A stretch of 63,110 bases of DNA, filler included, from Salisapilia sapeloensis CBS 127946 (lineage: Eukaryota; Protista; Oomycota): the NCBI GenBank assembly GCA_023334545.1. It is 13 parts of 13 records of this genome, joined end to end, with 100 filler letters (N's around TTAATTAATTAA, not from the genome) between each part and the next. Parts side by side here need not be neighbours in the genome. Positions count along the whole stretch, not along the records: positions 61,902 to 63,110 come from JAADVB010001250.1; 12 more parts are not named here. The stretch is one strand, 5' to 3'. The notes below the pieces were generated by a model. It did not search any database. It saw nothing but the letters and a program-made list of their open reading frames with translations, and had not been told where the DNA came from. Positions 61,902 through 63,110 of this stretch are shown piece by piece; positions within the stretch are counted from its first letter, which is position 1, and each line of letters begins with the position of its first letter. The translations under genes and the position numbers were made by a program.

Positions 61902-63110
61902 TCCAATGCAGTCTATCAAGTCTTGGATAGGACTATCGAAGGGTTTGGAGACTTTGAAGATGCACGTGGGAACTGCTCAAATGGCACTTTTAAAACGGTT
62001 GGCAATACGAAGCTAAGCGTGTGTGTCGCGAGGGAAGACGATACACAGCAGTCTAGTGCCTAAAGGATCGGAGTTTATGCTGGTGACAAAAGCCGTAGAT
62101 ACCTTGCTGTCATCGACTCCCGTGTATGCTCTGCGGGTAGCTTTTAAGGCAAGGTAGATCCTCGCTTCAATGTTGCCAAGGTTATTGAATGGAGCAATCT
62201 ATTGGCATTTTGACATTGCGTTCCTGACTTTGTAGCTATCAAATCTTCTTTGAATCATGGGCGTTTCGAGCTTCACTAGAAGTCGCATTAACCATTGTAC
62301 CCGCACACAATTGTTTTAATTCCTGTCCGTAGTTGCCTAGATCATGTATTCTGCGCTCTATCTGAACAACCACATCGTTACTATAGATCTTTACTGAGTG
62401 CGAATAAATGAGTGTCGTGCCCTTCCTTCCACCGTCACGTCAGCGACGATAAGTAGAGGAAGGACGAATACGATGACCTCGAGTAGTTTATCTACCGTAC
62501 AATGAACGAGTAAGGTGAGTTGTTCTCCATTCTTCATAGAATTTGGCATTTGAGAAAACAACATGCAAAGTAGTCGAGCTTTGCCTTCACAAATTGAAAT
62601 GTCTCACAGTGATCTGACTACATACAGCCTCGATATGCCTACTCCATAGATTACTTGGCGTGGTAGTCTGTCATTAAATATGCATATTTCCATGGCTACC
62701 CAGCTCGAATTGGCTCGAAGTGTACCAACGGTATATGAACTTATCTATCAATAGCATTTTCACAAAGCCAAACGTGATAGTTTAAGCTTCATACAGTCCA
62801 ATTGCCTGTTCATATTCTACACCTCTTGCAGTTGTTCTGCATTAGTGATCACTGTGCCAATTAGAAAAATAAAAGTAACGTATATATGACAAACTTTTAG
62901 TAATAATTTCCATCTGTTTCTAGGTTACCATAGGCGCCGGGAGTGATAATCAGCTCAAACATTGCTTTGAATACTAGAGAGAAGTATCACTCAAATTAGT
63001 CTTTACGGATGTAAACGTGTGGGTCAAGACGACCTCGAAGAGCTAGATGGGGTGTGAAAATCAGACGTACCGAACGGTCGCGTCGAGGATCGCTCGGAGC
63101 TACCTCAAGA

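Overview
This is eukaryotic nuclear DNA from an oomycete, most likely the peronosporalean/Pythium-like lineage. The support is an elicitin-like gene, an LRR-WLGC gene, START-FYVE paralogues, a BT1 transporter, INR+FPR core promoters, 50-70 bp introns and a flagellar CFAP206 gene. The window is not contiguous: 13 contigs are joined by twelve artificial 100-bp linkers (N-run, TTAATTAATTAA, N-run), so adjacency across a linker is not evidence of synteny. About 25 genes or gene fragments are recognisable. They include DRG1, syntaxin, RagC/D, TFB5/GTF2H5 (absent from the ORF track), NTH1, an S1 protease, alpha-actinin, CFAP206, mitochondrial LeuRS, V-ATPase d, old yellow enzyme, MED6, p31comet, catalase and an ABCC fragment. 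The most unusual items are: (1) a CENP-B/Psq-type HTH fused to a UPRTase fold that has lost its catalytic motifs, a candidate nucleotide-sensing regulator; (2) a >2,400-aa PSI + Gly/Ser/Thr repeat protein with hierarchical periodicity; (3) a bZIP factor with an SREBP-like two-TM hairpin and a candidate S1P site; (4) a dispersed repeat built on a long degenerate palindrome, with one copy carrying a poly(A) insertion and 15-bp TSD and the other copy showing the empty site; (5) a 1.26-kb contig with identical 141-bp inverted ends. All family assignments come from motifs recognised by eye, with no database searches. Splice sites are manual calls.
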